A stretch of DNA of 64,000 nucleotides. Source: Dicyema japonicum (taxonomy: Eukaryota; Animalia; Dicyemida). This document shows, one piece after another, positions 37,542 to 50,399 of this stretch. The first letter of the stretch is position 1, and each line of letters starts with the position of its first letter. The notes under the pieces are model-generated. The model saw nothing but the letters and a program-made list of their open reading frames with translations. It did not search any database and had not been told where the DNA came from. The DNA lies in NCBI GenBank assembly GCA_011109175.1, contig RDEW01000028.1, positions 463,000-526,999 on the forward strand, read 5' to 3'. Made by a program: the position numbers and the translations under genes.

Positions 37542-39343
37542 ATGATTCTATTTATCTTTATTCCAATGTCGATAGTTTTATCATTTTCATGCTCAATAAA
37601 TACAACAAATGTAAGATTTGTCTTGATTAAGTTATATTCGTGCATCGAAAGTATAATCAAACAAATAAATCAAACAAAAAATTTCACTACTAAGGATCTT
37701 TCAGTCGCAGTTCAAGAAATGGAGAACAACTTCATCAATTTTAATGCGACTTGGAACAAAACGATGGTATTTAAAAATAGAAATTTTTGGGTGGCAGAAA
37801 AGTTTGTCGAATTCATAGATTTGGTGAGTACTTTCAATTTTACTGAAATGACTGAATTTCTCATAGTCTCTTACAGCAAGTATTCGTGTTTTTTGTTTTC
37901 AGAATAAGAAAAATGATCAATAAAATCACAAATTTGACGAAAGATACCAACATTTGTGTGAAAGGACGGTCATTTGAATTATGTGCGGGTCAAACCACTG
38001 AATCTGACCATAAAACTATTTGCTCGAAAATCGCATTCCCAGAAGCATTTATCCACGACTCAAAAAATGTAGAAATACCGTTTTCTGCTGTCCCACTAAA
38101 CAAAAAAGGTTTTTCAAGAAATCCAATAATTTAGTCGCCACAGTAGTTATCGGCATTCACGGGAATAACAAACTCTTTCCTTCTCGTCTAAACCAGTCTG
38201 TGGCGTCTAATGAAATTTATTATGCCAAGGGGGATCATCTCTTGCCAATTGATGATAATTTCGTAGAAGTCGCATTTCCTGTACATAAAACATCTAAACT
38301 TAGTTAAATGACGCTATAAACCACGAGAGAGAACTTGGTTGCGCTTTTTATGACGAAGTTAATGAGGTTTGGGTGAATTCGGGACCGGTTGTAATTGTAA
38401 CAAACGTGTCTGCACTTTGCAAGTTCAAGCACCTCAGCAGCTTTGCGATAATATTCGACAATTCTAGGAGTACCAGCCTGAAGGGATCGTCCATTATTAC
38501 AAAAATTGGACTTTATTTTTCCATAGTTTCAGTCATTTTATCAAATTTAATGTTTTTCGTGACCTTCAGGTTGTCTCTGTGCATCATTGCAGGGAATCAT
38601 GCAAGTCCGTCTTCCAGAAAATAATGTTTAATTTATGTTTTTCCATATTTTTAACGAACGTCTTGTTTTTGCTGATAAATCGACAATCCAAAACTCAAGC
38701 CACGTGCATTGCTGTTGGATCGCTGTTCCATCTTTTTCTACTTTCTCAGTTTTTCTGGATGCTTTGTACCGCCTTCTTGCATTACATCAAATTTGTGAAA
38801 GTCCTCGGATTCGCAACAACAAAATTTATTTTTAAAAGTTTTATATTTTCCTGGGGTCTTTCATTAATAATTGTCTCCACAATTCTGATAACGCGAGCAA
38901 CCGTTTATGTAAATGAGACCACGTGGGTATGTTTTTGAAACTTTTAGATGTTGGATTCGAGACATATGGCTGTATGTCGGAGTGTATGTTCCGTGCGGAA
39001 TCGTTATTCTAGCAAATTATGTGATTTTTGCCTTAATCTTCAGAAGTGTAAAGCAAAATAGTTCGAATCCTTCATTGGAGAATAAGCTACTCATTACAAT
39101 AATAATTCTGTTAGGTTATCTATCAAATAATCCATAGGATTGTCCTGGATATTTGGATTTTTCGTTAAATTGGATAGTCATGGAGTGATTGAGTACATAT
39201 TCTGTGTCATTTGTTCGTTTCAGGGATTTTTGATACTTGTCACCAAACTAATTCAAGTCCCCAAGTCTGTATTTGAAAAGATGTTCTCCATCTTCAAAAA
39301 ATTTAATTCAAACGAAAATTCTAACAAAACTGAAAAATTATAA
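37542..39343 (+). CDS. adhesion-type GPCR (signal peptide, short GAIN/GPS ectodomain, 7TM), 8 exons
   Basis: GPS CAFYDE..W..CKFKHL|SSFAIIF; CIAVGSLFHLFLLSQFFWML, SWG, CWI, GLSWIFG, YIFCVICSFQGFLI; seven GT-AG introns of 21-26 nt. Confidence 0.9.
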
Positions 39344-40569
39344 TATTTTAATTTAATTCATAATTTTTGAATCTTCAACAAATTTTTCAATTTTATTTAT
39401 TTACCGTTTTAAGTGAAGGAAACTGGTGACTAACAAAAACGTGTCTATCAATGACGGACGTTCTCAGAGATCCAAAAGGTTGATCCCGTGCGGGGAAGAC
39501 ACAGAAAGCGGGCCACTACGCGAGAAAATTTAATCTCTCTCGTGGTCATCAAGTATACATTAAGAGTAGAGTGGCGACTACCTGCCCGGTCTTGTAGAGG
39601 TAAGCGTTGAGACCTACGTGGTGACCACAACGGAGGCGTGCCAGGTTTACCCAAATATCAGGAAGAAAAGAAGAATAACTGACATCGATGTCCGTTGACG
39701 GGTGACCACAAAACTTGTTTAATCCAAGTCTTTGAATAGTATTTGTTGATTCCCAATTCTATCAAAAAGAATTGGCCATCTCAAACGTTGGATTATATCC
39801 CTCTCTTTCCTAGTCCATTGTAGGGGCTCCCAAAATGGCGGATACTTGGAAATGATGCGACGAAATAATGCATCCCAAGCCGATCTAGGGAACTCGATAA
39901 AACCTTTCAGGTATCTCTGAGGTTAAGTGTATCCAGTTCCCACTGTCACAAAAGCAGAATAAATTCAATGTCACAAATGTCCACTCAGAACTACCATAAA
40001 AGGTAGTTGTCCATTTTTTGCAGTTGTGAGACTCATCATTATCGTGAACAAAGTTAACAGTTTATTTGTATGTTATCTCATGCAGAGGTCTATTTCTCGA
40101 CGTATGACATCCAGCTGTTATCACATTTAGTTCATTTCAAAAAAGACGTTATTCTGTAAAAATTAAAAAAATTACTCTCAAAACACAAATTTAATGCAAA
40201 ATTAGACGTTAGTAGTACTTTGAAGTTCTTAGTAAACAACAAAGTTCTTTTAATTAAATAATTTCCTGAAGATCGGCTCCTTACATCATCGACTTGATCT
40301 CTAAAATTTTATTTTAACATTAATATAAAAATTAAAATCTAAACTCGGGGGGTCTGTCCTAGTAGTTGATACTTTTGATTTGATCATCAAGATCATATTT
40401 TAACATTATCCATAGAAACTAAAAGTTTTATACAAGCACGTGATAATTTATTGTTATTAATGCAATTTCATTATACAAAGCAAGAGCAACCCGAGAAACT
40501 AGTAGCAAATCATCTTCCTTCACTTGCTCGCGTTCATTACAGTTCGATAAAGAATTCCAGAATCTTTAG

Positions 40570-40700
40570 TTTGGTTCTGTGGAGACATTGACCAAAGCCT
40601 CGAGGGAGCGTCGGGAAACCGAGTGGCTTTTCCAAAGGATATCCCTGGCAGTAGTCAGAGGTAACAGCCACTCGATCATATCCGCTGGACTCAGTAATTA
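40570..40700 (+). mobile_element. 3' fragment of CRE subfamily B
   Basis: Near-identical to the reverse complement of 61700-61803 (TKASRERRETEWLFQRISLAVVRGNSH). Confidence 0.85.
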
Positions 40701-40844
40701 ACTACTCATGTTTCCTAATAATCATAAATTATTTTTTTTTAATTTTTTTAATCCGTTCTTAAAAAATTAGTTGGTTGACACCTTACTAGCGATGTTTCTG
40801 TGTTTAGCGCACTCAGTCTGTATGGGATTGTGCAGTTTTATAAG

Positions 40845-41013
40845 TACCAGACAAAAAGGCCTGATGGCCCCTAGTTCGAATCTTCTGCGGTACATTCTGA
40901 CCGAAGCTTCCACGTATCTACAATGCTTTGGATTGACGAGTGATGCCGTCATCAGTAAACACTTCACTGCAAAACCGGATCATCTATAAAGCACTCACAT
41001 GCAACAAAAAGAA
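40845..41013 (+). mobile_element. tRNA-derived SINE copy
   Basis: B-box-like agttcgaatc at 40873; body shared with the reverse complement of 48533-48710; A-rich tail. Confidence 0.7.
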
Positions 41014-42696
41014 AGGCTGTTACTATGACCTATGACCTCTTCGTTGATGAAAAATTCAAATATTATTGTGAAATGATGAAAAACTCGAATGGAAACGTCT
41101 CAGTTGTGTTTAATGTTATAAATAAAACCCTTGGAAATATCAAGGTTGCAAATATAATCTCTGGCTTGGATTCTGCGGCTGTGGCCAGAGTGACCCGACG
41201 TTTACGGGGGACTTTGTATTCTGCTTTAAACAACCCAGAAGATGCTAGCTTATTTGAAAGTGATCTTAATGCAAAGTTGCCTTTTGGGAAAAAAATTTAC
41301 CAACGTGGGCAGAACTTGAAGAGCTTAATGAATACCTCGTATATTATATCTTCAGAGTTCACGATTAAAAGATTTGAAAAACGTGGAGAAAGATTACCTA
41401 TGGCAAAACTAATAATAGAAAACTGTGGAGAAGCTCAGTCTTTAATTAGTTGGTTTTAAAATTGGTTTCTCACAAGTCACAACTGAATGGTTAAAAAACC
41501 TGAAATTCAATGCTTTAGCTGCCAGTTATTTGGTCATATTGCGCGTTTCTGCAGAAACGTTGAAAGATACTTGATTTGCTCAGGAAACCACAAAAGGCAG
41601 AAGTGTCAATTTTACTCAAAGACAGTAAAAATTGCATAAATTGTGGATCAACTAACCACATGGCTAACTACGGAGGTTGCTCTTGTGCAAAAGCAGATAA
41701 TAAACTCGATAGATAAATTCTTACCTCAAAGTTAACCTCGCAATAAAAGTGTTGCTAAAGGAAGTAATGTTACCAGGAAGATCGGGGACAATAAAGATTT
41801 GGCCAAGCCAACTCGAACAGGATGGAATCCGATCATTTCTAAAAATACGACTTCGGATGTTGGTATGCAGACTGATGGACCACCAGTGTCCTTTGTTGAC
41901 AGTAAATCCCAAACACAGTCAGTAAGTCAACCAGCGAATACAAACGATCGAATGGACAGAAAGCCACGGTACAGAAATTCAAGAAGAGGAATTTTTTAAT
42001 AATATTGTTGAACAATTATCTAAAAATTTTAAAAACATGACAAGAACAAAAAAGGATGCCAAGTTTTTACTTGTCTTGGTGGCGCTTCTAAGAAGAGAGG
42101 ACAGCCATCAAATAAATCAGATATAACCAGAATTACCTGGTTAGTGCCCGCTCTCTTAGGAAACGGGCTGCGGAGCTGGTAGCCTTACCAGCGCTGTTGA
42201 GATGGATGCATTAATTATTAATGAAGCGAAGATGAAAAAACCTGGAATTATTAATATCCCGGGTTATCGATTGATATTCCATGGCGTTCCCGGTGCCATA
42301 GCTTTCTACAAAAAGAGTATTAAACGCGATTGCCAAGAATTATAGAAGAGAATGTCTGCGAATTATTATGCATTGATTTGTACACTTCATTGGTTGGATA
42401 ACAATTGGTGGAATTTACTGAAAATATTAAGGAACTATTCAAAGATTATAAGATTTTTTCGCTAATAATGAAAACCCAATCCTTGTGGGAGATTGTAATG
42501 CAAAAAATATTGCACATGGTTGTGTGAAAACTTATTCTGACGGCAAATGTTTATTGGAAAAAAGAACTTAATCAATTCCAACAACGGAGTGCTGATAGAT
42601 TGGGTATTTTCGTTATGCATGAAACCTCGCTTTATTAAGCGGATTGCCCTATGTCGAAAATGATATAGGGAGTGATCACTTACCTCAAACTTTGGT

Positions 42697-42902
42697 TTTT
42701 TTACCTAAAGATGTCGAGGACCTTGGTAAAATGTTCCACTTACCCATAGGACACATTAAAATCAATTTTATAAGATTTAAAAAAGATGACCTTTTTACCT
42801 AAAGATGTCGAGGACCCTGGTATAATGTTTCCACTTACCCATAGGACTCGTAAAAATTTTTTATAAAATTTAAAAGATGACTTTTTTTACCTAAAGATGT
42901 CG
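42697..42902. repeat. ~92-bp tandem repeat, ~2.2 copies
   Basis: ttttacctaaagatgtcg recurs at ~42699, 42793 and 42885 with similar spacers. Confidence 0.85.
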
Positions 42903-43406
42903 TTTAGCTAAAATCTCGTGATGTTTATTGAAGAACTTATCCAAAACCTGAAAAAATTAATTGGAGGCAATTTGAATTTTTTTTAATATATATAGGAAAA
43001 GAATTGGATAGAGAAAATTTAATTAGAATTAAAGATAGTAAAATAATAATTTGTCGTTTTTAATTATTAAAATATATTAAACATTTACGCTTTAAAATGA
43101 ATCCCTTTTTAATTTTTCGAGAGCATACATTTCAAAATATCCTGATATCTCAGGAATGGCTTTTCCAGCGACTTACTCATGCGAGTCGAGGTTTTCAATA
43201 TATGCATCTACCAAATCTTCCCTGATATGAGGATACAGTTTGTCAACAATAACTCCTAACGTTACACCAACTATGCTTTAATAAAGAGTAAATGTTCACA
43301 TAAAAATTGTTTTGGTTATTACGATTATGTTTTAAGTGAAAATTGTAATAATTGAAATTGGAAGGGTTCCGCGAGCACCTTAAGGTTGGGAACAATTGGT
43401 CTAGAC

Positions 43407-44974
43407 CAGGGTTCTCAACCTTTTTAGCTCAAGGGCCAAATCGATAATTAAGAATATCTTTGCGGGCCGTACAAAAAATATTTTATTTGATTAAAGAAAA
43501 AAAGCTTTATTAAGTAATAAAAGAATCAATGTGAGACTTCTACTATTTTATCGAAACGAGGAGTAAAGTTCGAAGACAATGTACGTAAAAGTTGAATTAG
43601 GTGTTCGTAAAAATTACTCATTATCAGTAAGCTGAAGATATAATATCTTATTGTCAATAAAATTTATAATCTCCGGGAGAAGGTCATAAAATCTAAATGC
43701 GATTTATTTAAAATTTATACAACCTTTTAGACATGCTGCCCGACTCAACCATCGTACGGTTGTATGCATGAGCAAATCTCCATACTCAGCATCAACATCC
43801 TCGAGAAATTTCTTAAAATTGCGGTGATTTAAAGCACGAGAGCGAATAAAATTTACGATTGAAATGACCGTTTCTGTTACATGGTCCATTTTCATAGATT
43901 TTGCAGCTAAATTTTCTTGATGTAGTATGCAGTGATGCCAAATCACAGGACTCAACTCATCATCTACTCGCCATCCAGCTACGAGACCTTGAAACCCAGT
44001 TTTCCATCCAACCATAGAAGGACATCCATCTGTGGCAATTGAAAACATTTTTGAAAAATCCAAATGTGCCTTTTCAAGGCAATCACGAAATTCACGGAAT
44101 ATATCAGCTCCTTTAGTAGAACCATGAAAGTTACGTAGCGTGAGAAATTCTTCATAAATTTTGAACTCAGGCATGACACCTCGAATAAACACAGCCATTT
44201 GTTCTGTATCACTAATATCTTTAGTGATGTCAAGAGCAATAGAATAGTGTACGAAAAAGTTGGATTCAGTGAGTAGCTGGCATTGAATATCGTCAGATAT
44301 TCTCTCAATTCTCCGAGTAACTGTATCGTTGCTTAGCTGTAAGTTTATAACATTTTTTTAATTTCTGAAGAACAACATTTTTCAGTAAATATAAGGATAG
44401 ATTGCTTAATAGATTCTCCATCTGAATACGGCTTCATATTTTTTACAAGTAGATGACAAATTTTGAAAAAAGCGGATCTCGATGACATGGGCTGTTTAAA
44501 CAAAGTGGTTTGTAGTTTGTGATTTGATTTCATAGATAGAAATTTGATTTTTCTTGATTCACCTTGAAATGAATCATATTCTGAAGAATGTTTCATATAA
44601 TGCCTCTCGACATTATATAACTTACTACATCGTACAAAAAAATGACATATCAGGCAATGTGCTTTGCCATTTTCTTCAAAAACGAAAAATTGTTCCTTCC
44701 ATTCGGGGTTAAATGCACGATTTTCTTGAAAAAATTTTCTACTTCTTTTAACACGTTTTCCAGACATCACAGGCAATATTAAATAAAATTTAATACAAAA
44801 AATATGTAATTTAAAAACAATAGTTAAAATATGTAAAAATTTTTTAACCATAAAAAGTTTATTGTACAAACAGAAAGAAAAAATCCGGCTGCATTATGTA
44901 AAATATGTAATATTTTTTAATAATTTTAAGCGGGCCGCACCAAAATCCTGGGGGGCCGCTGTTGAGAATCCCTG
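43407..44974 (-). mobile_element. internally deleted Buster/SPIN-type (GTF2IRD2-like) hAT inserted in the LINE RT
   Basis: TIRs cagggttctcaac / gttgagaatccctg; perfect TSD gtctagac (43399-43406, 44975-44982); ORFs with HCLICH, ATDGCPSMVG, HCILHQENL, VRWLSR. Confidence 0.95.
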
Positions 44975-45840
44975 GTCTAGACATATCAAAGGCTTTTGAT
45001 GGCGTTTGGCATGCTGGGTTGCTGAAAACTTTGTCAAATTTTAATGTCAAGAACAAGGCACTAGTGTTAATGAAGGATTTTTTCTGGTAGAGAATCGTTT
45101 ATACGTGTTGGAAATCATACATCGAAGAAAATTTTGTTAAAAAAAGGTACCACAAGGGTCTGTCTTAAGCCCCCTCTTATTCAATTGTGTTATGTGTGAC
45201 ATTCCGAAGGTTGAACATTTGAATTCGAAAATGCTTATTTATGCTGATGATATACTTCTGCTTGATCAAAGTATTAATAAATCGATTTCCTGGAAGCATG
45301 TTTCAACACATAGAACAAATTAAATGTTAGTGCCGAGATAAAGGTTTATCCCTATCTTTGAAAAGTGTACTGCTTCATGGATTGTGAGTAACAAAAATAA
45401 GTTAAAAATTTTTGTTAATACTGGAGCAATCAAATGCATGGAACAGTTGCAATATCTTGGTGTTTGTGTGAACTCAAAGGGTTCCTTTATAAATTACATC
45501 AAGAAAAAAAAGCTACAGCGATGTTGAAATAGCTTCTAAGTTTTCAATTGAGTCCGGAAACTTTTATCTATGTTTATACAGCTTGTATATACCCATTCTT
45601 GATTTATAGCTTCCAAGGATGGTTTGAAAGTGATGAGAGAAGTATTCTTGTAGAGCTTCTCGATAGATCGAGGAGATATGCTATTAAACTGGCATATGGA
45701 CTTGATTTAAAATCTAAATTACCGCCTTGTTTTGCAAGATGTGCAAGATCCATTGAAAAATATTGCATCACTTGAAAAAATAATTCTTGTTTGGTGCAAG
45801 GGGTCAATAATTCGAAGAAGAGACATATGGCGTCTCGTTA

Positions 45841-45842
<2 letters not shown>

Positions 45843-45871
<29 letters not shown>

Positions 45872-45901
45872 CCAGGATCACTGGGTCAAAGAGAAAGAAG
45901 A
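45843..45901 (-). mobile_element. 59-bp LINE 3'-tip insertion with 14-bp TSD
   Basis: ggcgtctcgttata at 45829-45842 and 45902-45915; the insert is the LINE 3' end seen at 6240-6280 plus (TAA)n. Confidence 0.9.
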
Positions 45902-46851
45902 GGCGTCTCGTTATACCAGACATCATCAACTAGGACAAACTCATTGGCTTCTCTTTTTAATTATTTTTTAATTAGTGACGAGTTTGTTACGTTAATGAAA
46001 TCTATCTATCTAAAAAGAAAGGACTCACTCTGTCTATTTACATGAAAGAAATTAATAGAAAGGATAGTAGAGTACAACACAAGCGAAACGGTAGGTATTT
46101 ACATGCTCTTTGAAAACACGGGAGTGCTTTTAACTAACTCTTGCGTCAAATCGATAAATTAACGCTATTATGTTGTTTCCATGGAATTTATTGATATTTG
46201 TATTGTGCGCAGATTTAATAGATTTGTATATGGAAAATACATGTGGATTTAAATTGTATTGGGAAATTTAGATAATGCGTAGAAATTGGATAGAATTGCG
46301 GAATTCATCAACCGGTGAATGCATTTGGCAGAGCGCTGACGATTTGTACCGTTAATTATATAATTTCATATTAATATAGTTCTACAGATAGAATTGAGCA
46401 TTCGGGTATTCTATTTAATCACATCGAGCATATGTCCCAAAGAAAATCTTAAGTTTCCATGGTGTGGGAATCGAAATCAATTTTTCATCGTCGGAAGAAA
46501 TCACGGAATTTCGAATGGAACAGAAAATACATTTCAAGGATAAATGTGTAGAAGGTATTTTGACAAAATTATGTCCCAGAATGGTTTTTTTATTTTGGCT
46601 ATGTAATTCCCGGGTCTACCAATACTTGGGAGTCCACCCTGAAATCAGCAAATAAAATGATCCCCGTCGGTTCTTAGGTAACTATGCATATTTATGTTAG
46701 TGGGAATATAGTCATTTGGAGTGAATTTTACGACGGAGACAATCTCTTGTGCAGATCTTGTGTGAGAATTTACTATGTCTGACTTTTTTATTTTACTACT
46801 TCTAATAAATAAAATTTAATGTTGTAAATTAAAGCCATTTATAAGTCTAAT

Positions 46852-48377
46852 TTAGAAACAAATTTGTTTGTGCTTTGACCAGTGACTGATCTGGCATTCT
46901 TTGCTACAGTAACTCTGCTTATGACATTTTGAGCATTTCTTTTTGGCCTCTTTTCCACAAATTGGGCATCTGTTTGACTGTAGCTCCGCCATAGCATCAA
47001 TATGAATCGAATCCATCCAACTAAATGTATTTTGTACAACCTTACCTATGTGCTATGTTTCTAAGCTCAGTTGCATCCAATTTGGATAATTTTTCTGCTT
47101 GGCTGTTGCCCAATTTTAAACAGGCAGAATCGTCGTAGATTGACCTTAAATTATCACGAATCTCTGGCAACTGTTGGTTTGAGTTATTTTACAAACTTCT
47201 TCAATAAACAGTGATGAGTTTTTGCTAGAACTTTGAGGATTATAAAAGAATAATTCTTCAATGAATCGTTTCAATTCTAAGAGAATTGGTATTTGATCGA
47301 TCAGAATTTCAGTCAAATAAGATTTCAACTAAAATGCCAAAAATAAAGTGAACTTTGAGAATCACTTCTTTACGGTAATTATTTATATCGTATTTCGTCC
47401 GATATTCTGCCTTCATTAACAATTGGTAAATTGTAAGCCAAATCAGAAAATAAAAAAAAACTTTAAAACCTGTCCTTCAATCTTTGAAAGCCTCATTTCG
47501 TCCTCTATTTTTTTCCATATGTTTTTTTCCTCATCAAATATTTCCTGGCTCCCTTGATAAGTTCAAAAAATACCCCGTTGGCCTCTGATCCACGGTTTGT
47601 TCTCGATGAAATGAATCATCAAAATTGGGATATCATGTGTCCCCAGTATTCTGTTTTTTAAACTGAAAGAAAGTCTAAAATATCATTTACGGTGTAACTC
47701 GTCCAAGTGGTCAACCAGATATCTAATAATGGTAAAACACTTTATAAATAGGCCGAATTCAATCTGCTCATTTTGATCCACCAAATTCAAGGAATAAATA
47801 TAAATTAATACCTTTTTCCATGGAAGATTCACTGGACTCCCCGATTCTGGGCTTTACTTCCACTAATTCTATAGTGAATGAACCTATTGGTAGCAAATTT
47901 TGTAAGTTTTCTGTAGCAGTAATCTTCCATGTCCAGAATCATAGAAGAAGCGGCCTCGCATGTATCGCGGTGGTACATCAAAGTCTCTAACAAATTTAGG
48001 ACTGCAGCCTCATGATACAACTGCAAGAAAAATGACTCCTGAACCCCCATGTAGATCAAAAAGCTGCTACTCTCGTTAGTCACGGATTTCAAAATAATCG
48101 GAAAGATAACATCTTTCCAAAATTCAGTAATTATCAAATCTCGAATGAGGAATTTGACTTTGTCGTGATTTATAATAAAATCTTTGATAAATTCATCTCC
48201 TTTAGTCGATACGCTAAATATCGCCTGAATGTTTAACTGCTCGATATGTTGATGTTGTCGTCTCCATCTAATTTCAAACATTTTATTTTACTTTGATCCA
48301 AAGATGTCGTTAATTTTAGATTCATGGAGTTTTTCTATAATGAGTTCGGCTTCTCCACTGGTCATACAAGAATTCAT
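46852..48377 (-). CDS. ZMYND10: zinc finger MYND protein 10 (axonemal dynein assembly factor), ~11 exons
   Basis: QHQHIEQLNIQA, LYHEAAVLNLLETLMYH, DYCYRKL, THDIPIL..KPW, KIEGQ|IWLTIYQLL, LTEILIDQIPIL, and MYND finger CPICGKEAKKKCSKCH..YCSKECQISHWSKHKQIC; splicing at 47790-47885 is ambiguous. Confidence 0.93.
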
Positions 48378-48532
48378 TTGTGGTTACTATGGAAACAAAT
48401 TTTCAATATAAATAAGTTTGATTGGACAATTTAAGTTTTCAAAGAGAATGAACCATAAGAGGGGTCTTAGAGACCGAAACTCTCTAAAAGTGCTGTATTA
48501 GTAGATATTATGGCTTTTTGATTTTTATGAGA

Positions 48533-48710
48533 TTTTTATTGCGTGCAAGTCATTTATAGACAATCCGGAAATTTTCATTGATGACGGTGTCACTCGTCAA
48601 TCCAGAGCATTGAAGATGCGTGGAGCCATCAGCCTGAATGTACAGAAGTGAGATTCGAACCAGGGGCCATCAGGCCTTGTACCCGGAACCTGTTACATTG
48701 CGCCACAAAA
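48533..48710 (-). mobile_element. tRNA-derived SINE, most complete copy
   Basis: Minus strand has A-box gtggcgcaatg, B-box ggttcgaatc, a ~110-nt body and an aataaaaa tail; 3' relics at ~7595-7665 and ~58300-58365. Confidence 0.75.
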
Positions 48711-50399
48711 TCAGATAAACACACAAATAAAGTATACTTTGCAAATCTCCAGAAAGTTCTCTCTCAACTGAATGCTCCATTTATGGAATTGGCCTTGATA
48801 TGCATTAGAACCCAGAAGAACTTGTATAATTGACTGCTGTTGTTAAATAATTTTCAAGTCCCTTGTTTAAGTATCCGATGTCCCAGTATGATTGTATTAG
48901 CTTATGATCGCCCCATTCAAAACGTAGCCATCCAAACATTCATGAACGCGATGTTTTTTTAGTTTCCGGAATTTCGATGTCCCCAAATTTATCACTAGCC
49001 CAAGCACATTACGGGGGATGGATTACATCTGATATAAGAAAATAAAACTTTTTTTTTACAATAAGCTATGGAGGCCGTCCGTTGTTTTCATTTCGCTTCA
49101 ACATGAGCATGATCCTGATAGGGAAGAAGCGTTGTTCTCTGCCAGGCCATTTTTCCATTTTGGCTGAAAAAATCCTCCGTAATAAGGTTGGATGCTGTCA
49201 CCACATCCATACGTAGAATATATCAGTAAAGTTGACATCGCCATTTTATCACCATCTTCCTTATCGGCCTGCATTTACATAACTCGTAAAGAGTTTCGTT
49301 TTTTATATTTTTCTAATTAAAATAAAAATTAATTAATTATTTGTTAAATTTAAAAAATTTAAATATTAGAAAATAATCACTTCCATCCCCGTTTACCGCA
49401 TATAAATGAAGTTTAGAAAGTTGAGGAGCCACCAATGGATTCAGCTGAATCATCCAAGTTACCAGCCAGTGAACAAAACAGCAAACCGAAGTCAGAGCGA
49501 ACAGTATCATCAGCATCCTTTAGTTATATGGTTAATAAATACGATTTATAACGAGATTTTCTTAGGAATATGGGGACAACCATTCCGATGAAGGCCCACA
49601 ATGCTAATACTAGCCCAAAATTTATTCCAACTACGTCCATTAAAATCGCTAAAAATAATCGAATTACATTAACCACAGCAAAATTAAGATAATTAGTATA
49701 ATTGATTAATTATTTTTATTTTAAATTTAAAATAGATTTAAATATTTAATTTTTAAGGAAATAAAATAATAAAAGTTATTCTTTGATTTTCATAAAAAAT
49801 TTCAAATTATTACAAAGCTGGAGACTGTTTAGACATATCCTGAGGGTGGAGTTGACCTCCCCACCGAACGCAGCCATGGAAAACTATTCTATTTACAAAG
49901 AGGGCCGCTTTTGTGGAAAGCCAAGAGTAACTCTGTCGGCATACTTACTAAATGACTTCAAAAACTGTAGTTGAATTGACTTATTGAAAGTCTTAGCTAA
50001 TAAGTGGAAGAAGTTAACATCCAAATTTGTTTCTTTTAGCGCATAATTAGGCTATTTCTTCACTTGTCCTGATCCCCCTTCGAGTTCTACATCAGATACA
50101 CCTGACGGATCTCTGGGTAGCTACTTTCATGTTAATCACCAGTTTCTTTATTTGAGGAAACAAGTCCTTAAGCAAACAAATCCATCCAAAATTTAAGTTG
50201 TGAAAACCCTTAAATGAATGATAATGTGACAAGTTAAAAGAGGTCGAAAATTGTAATTCCAAAAATATTGTCAAAATGATATTTCATGGATCAAAACGAC
50301 CAGACGGGCAGGTACTTGCAAAATATGCAATCAAAGATTGAAGAAATTGCCAGAAATTGGATTGAGGCTCCTCGTAATCGTTTGTTTGTTCCTGGGGAA

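Larger units (their letters stand above)
41025..45960 (+). mobile_element. degraded two-ORF LINE (gag-like ORF1 with CCHC knuckles, APE endonuclease, RT) carrying several insertions
   Basis: QCFSCQLFGHIARFC (~41510); LVGDCNAK and IGSDHLP (42480-42690); LDISKAFDGVWH, QGSVLSPLLFN and IYADDI after 44975. Confidence 0.85.

Noticed and set aside
48650-48710. functional tRNA gene
   Set aside because: A and B boxes are present but I could not build a cloverleaf; it continues into a dispersed repeat body, so it is treated as a SINE
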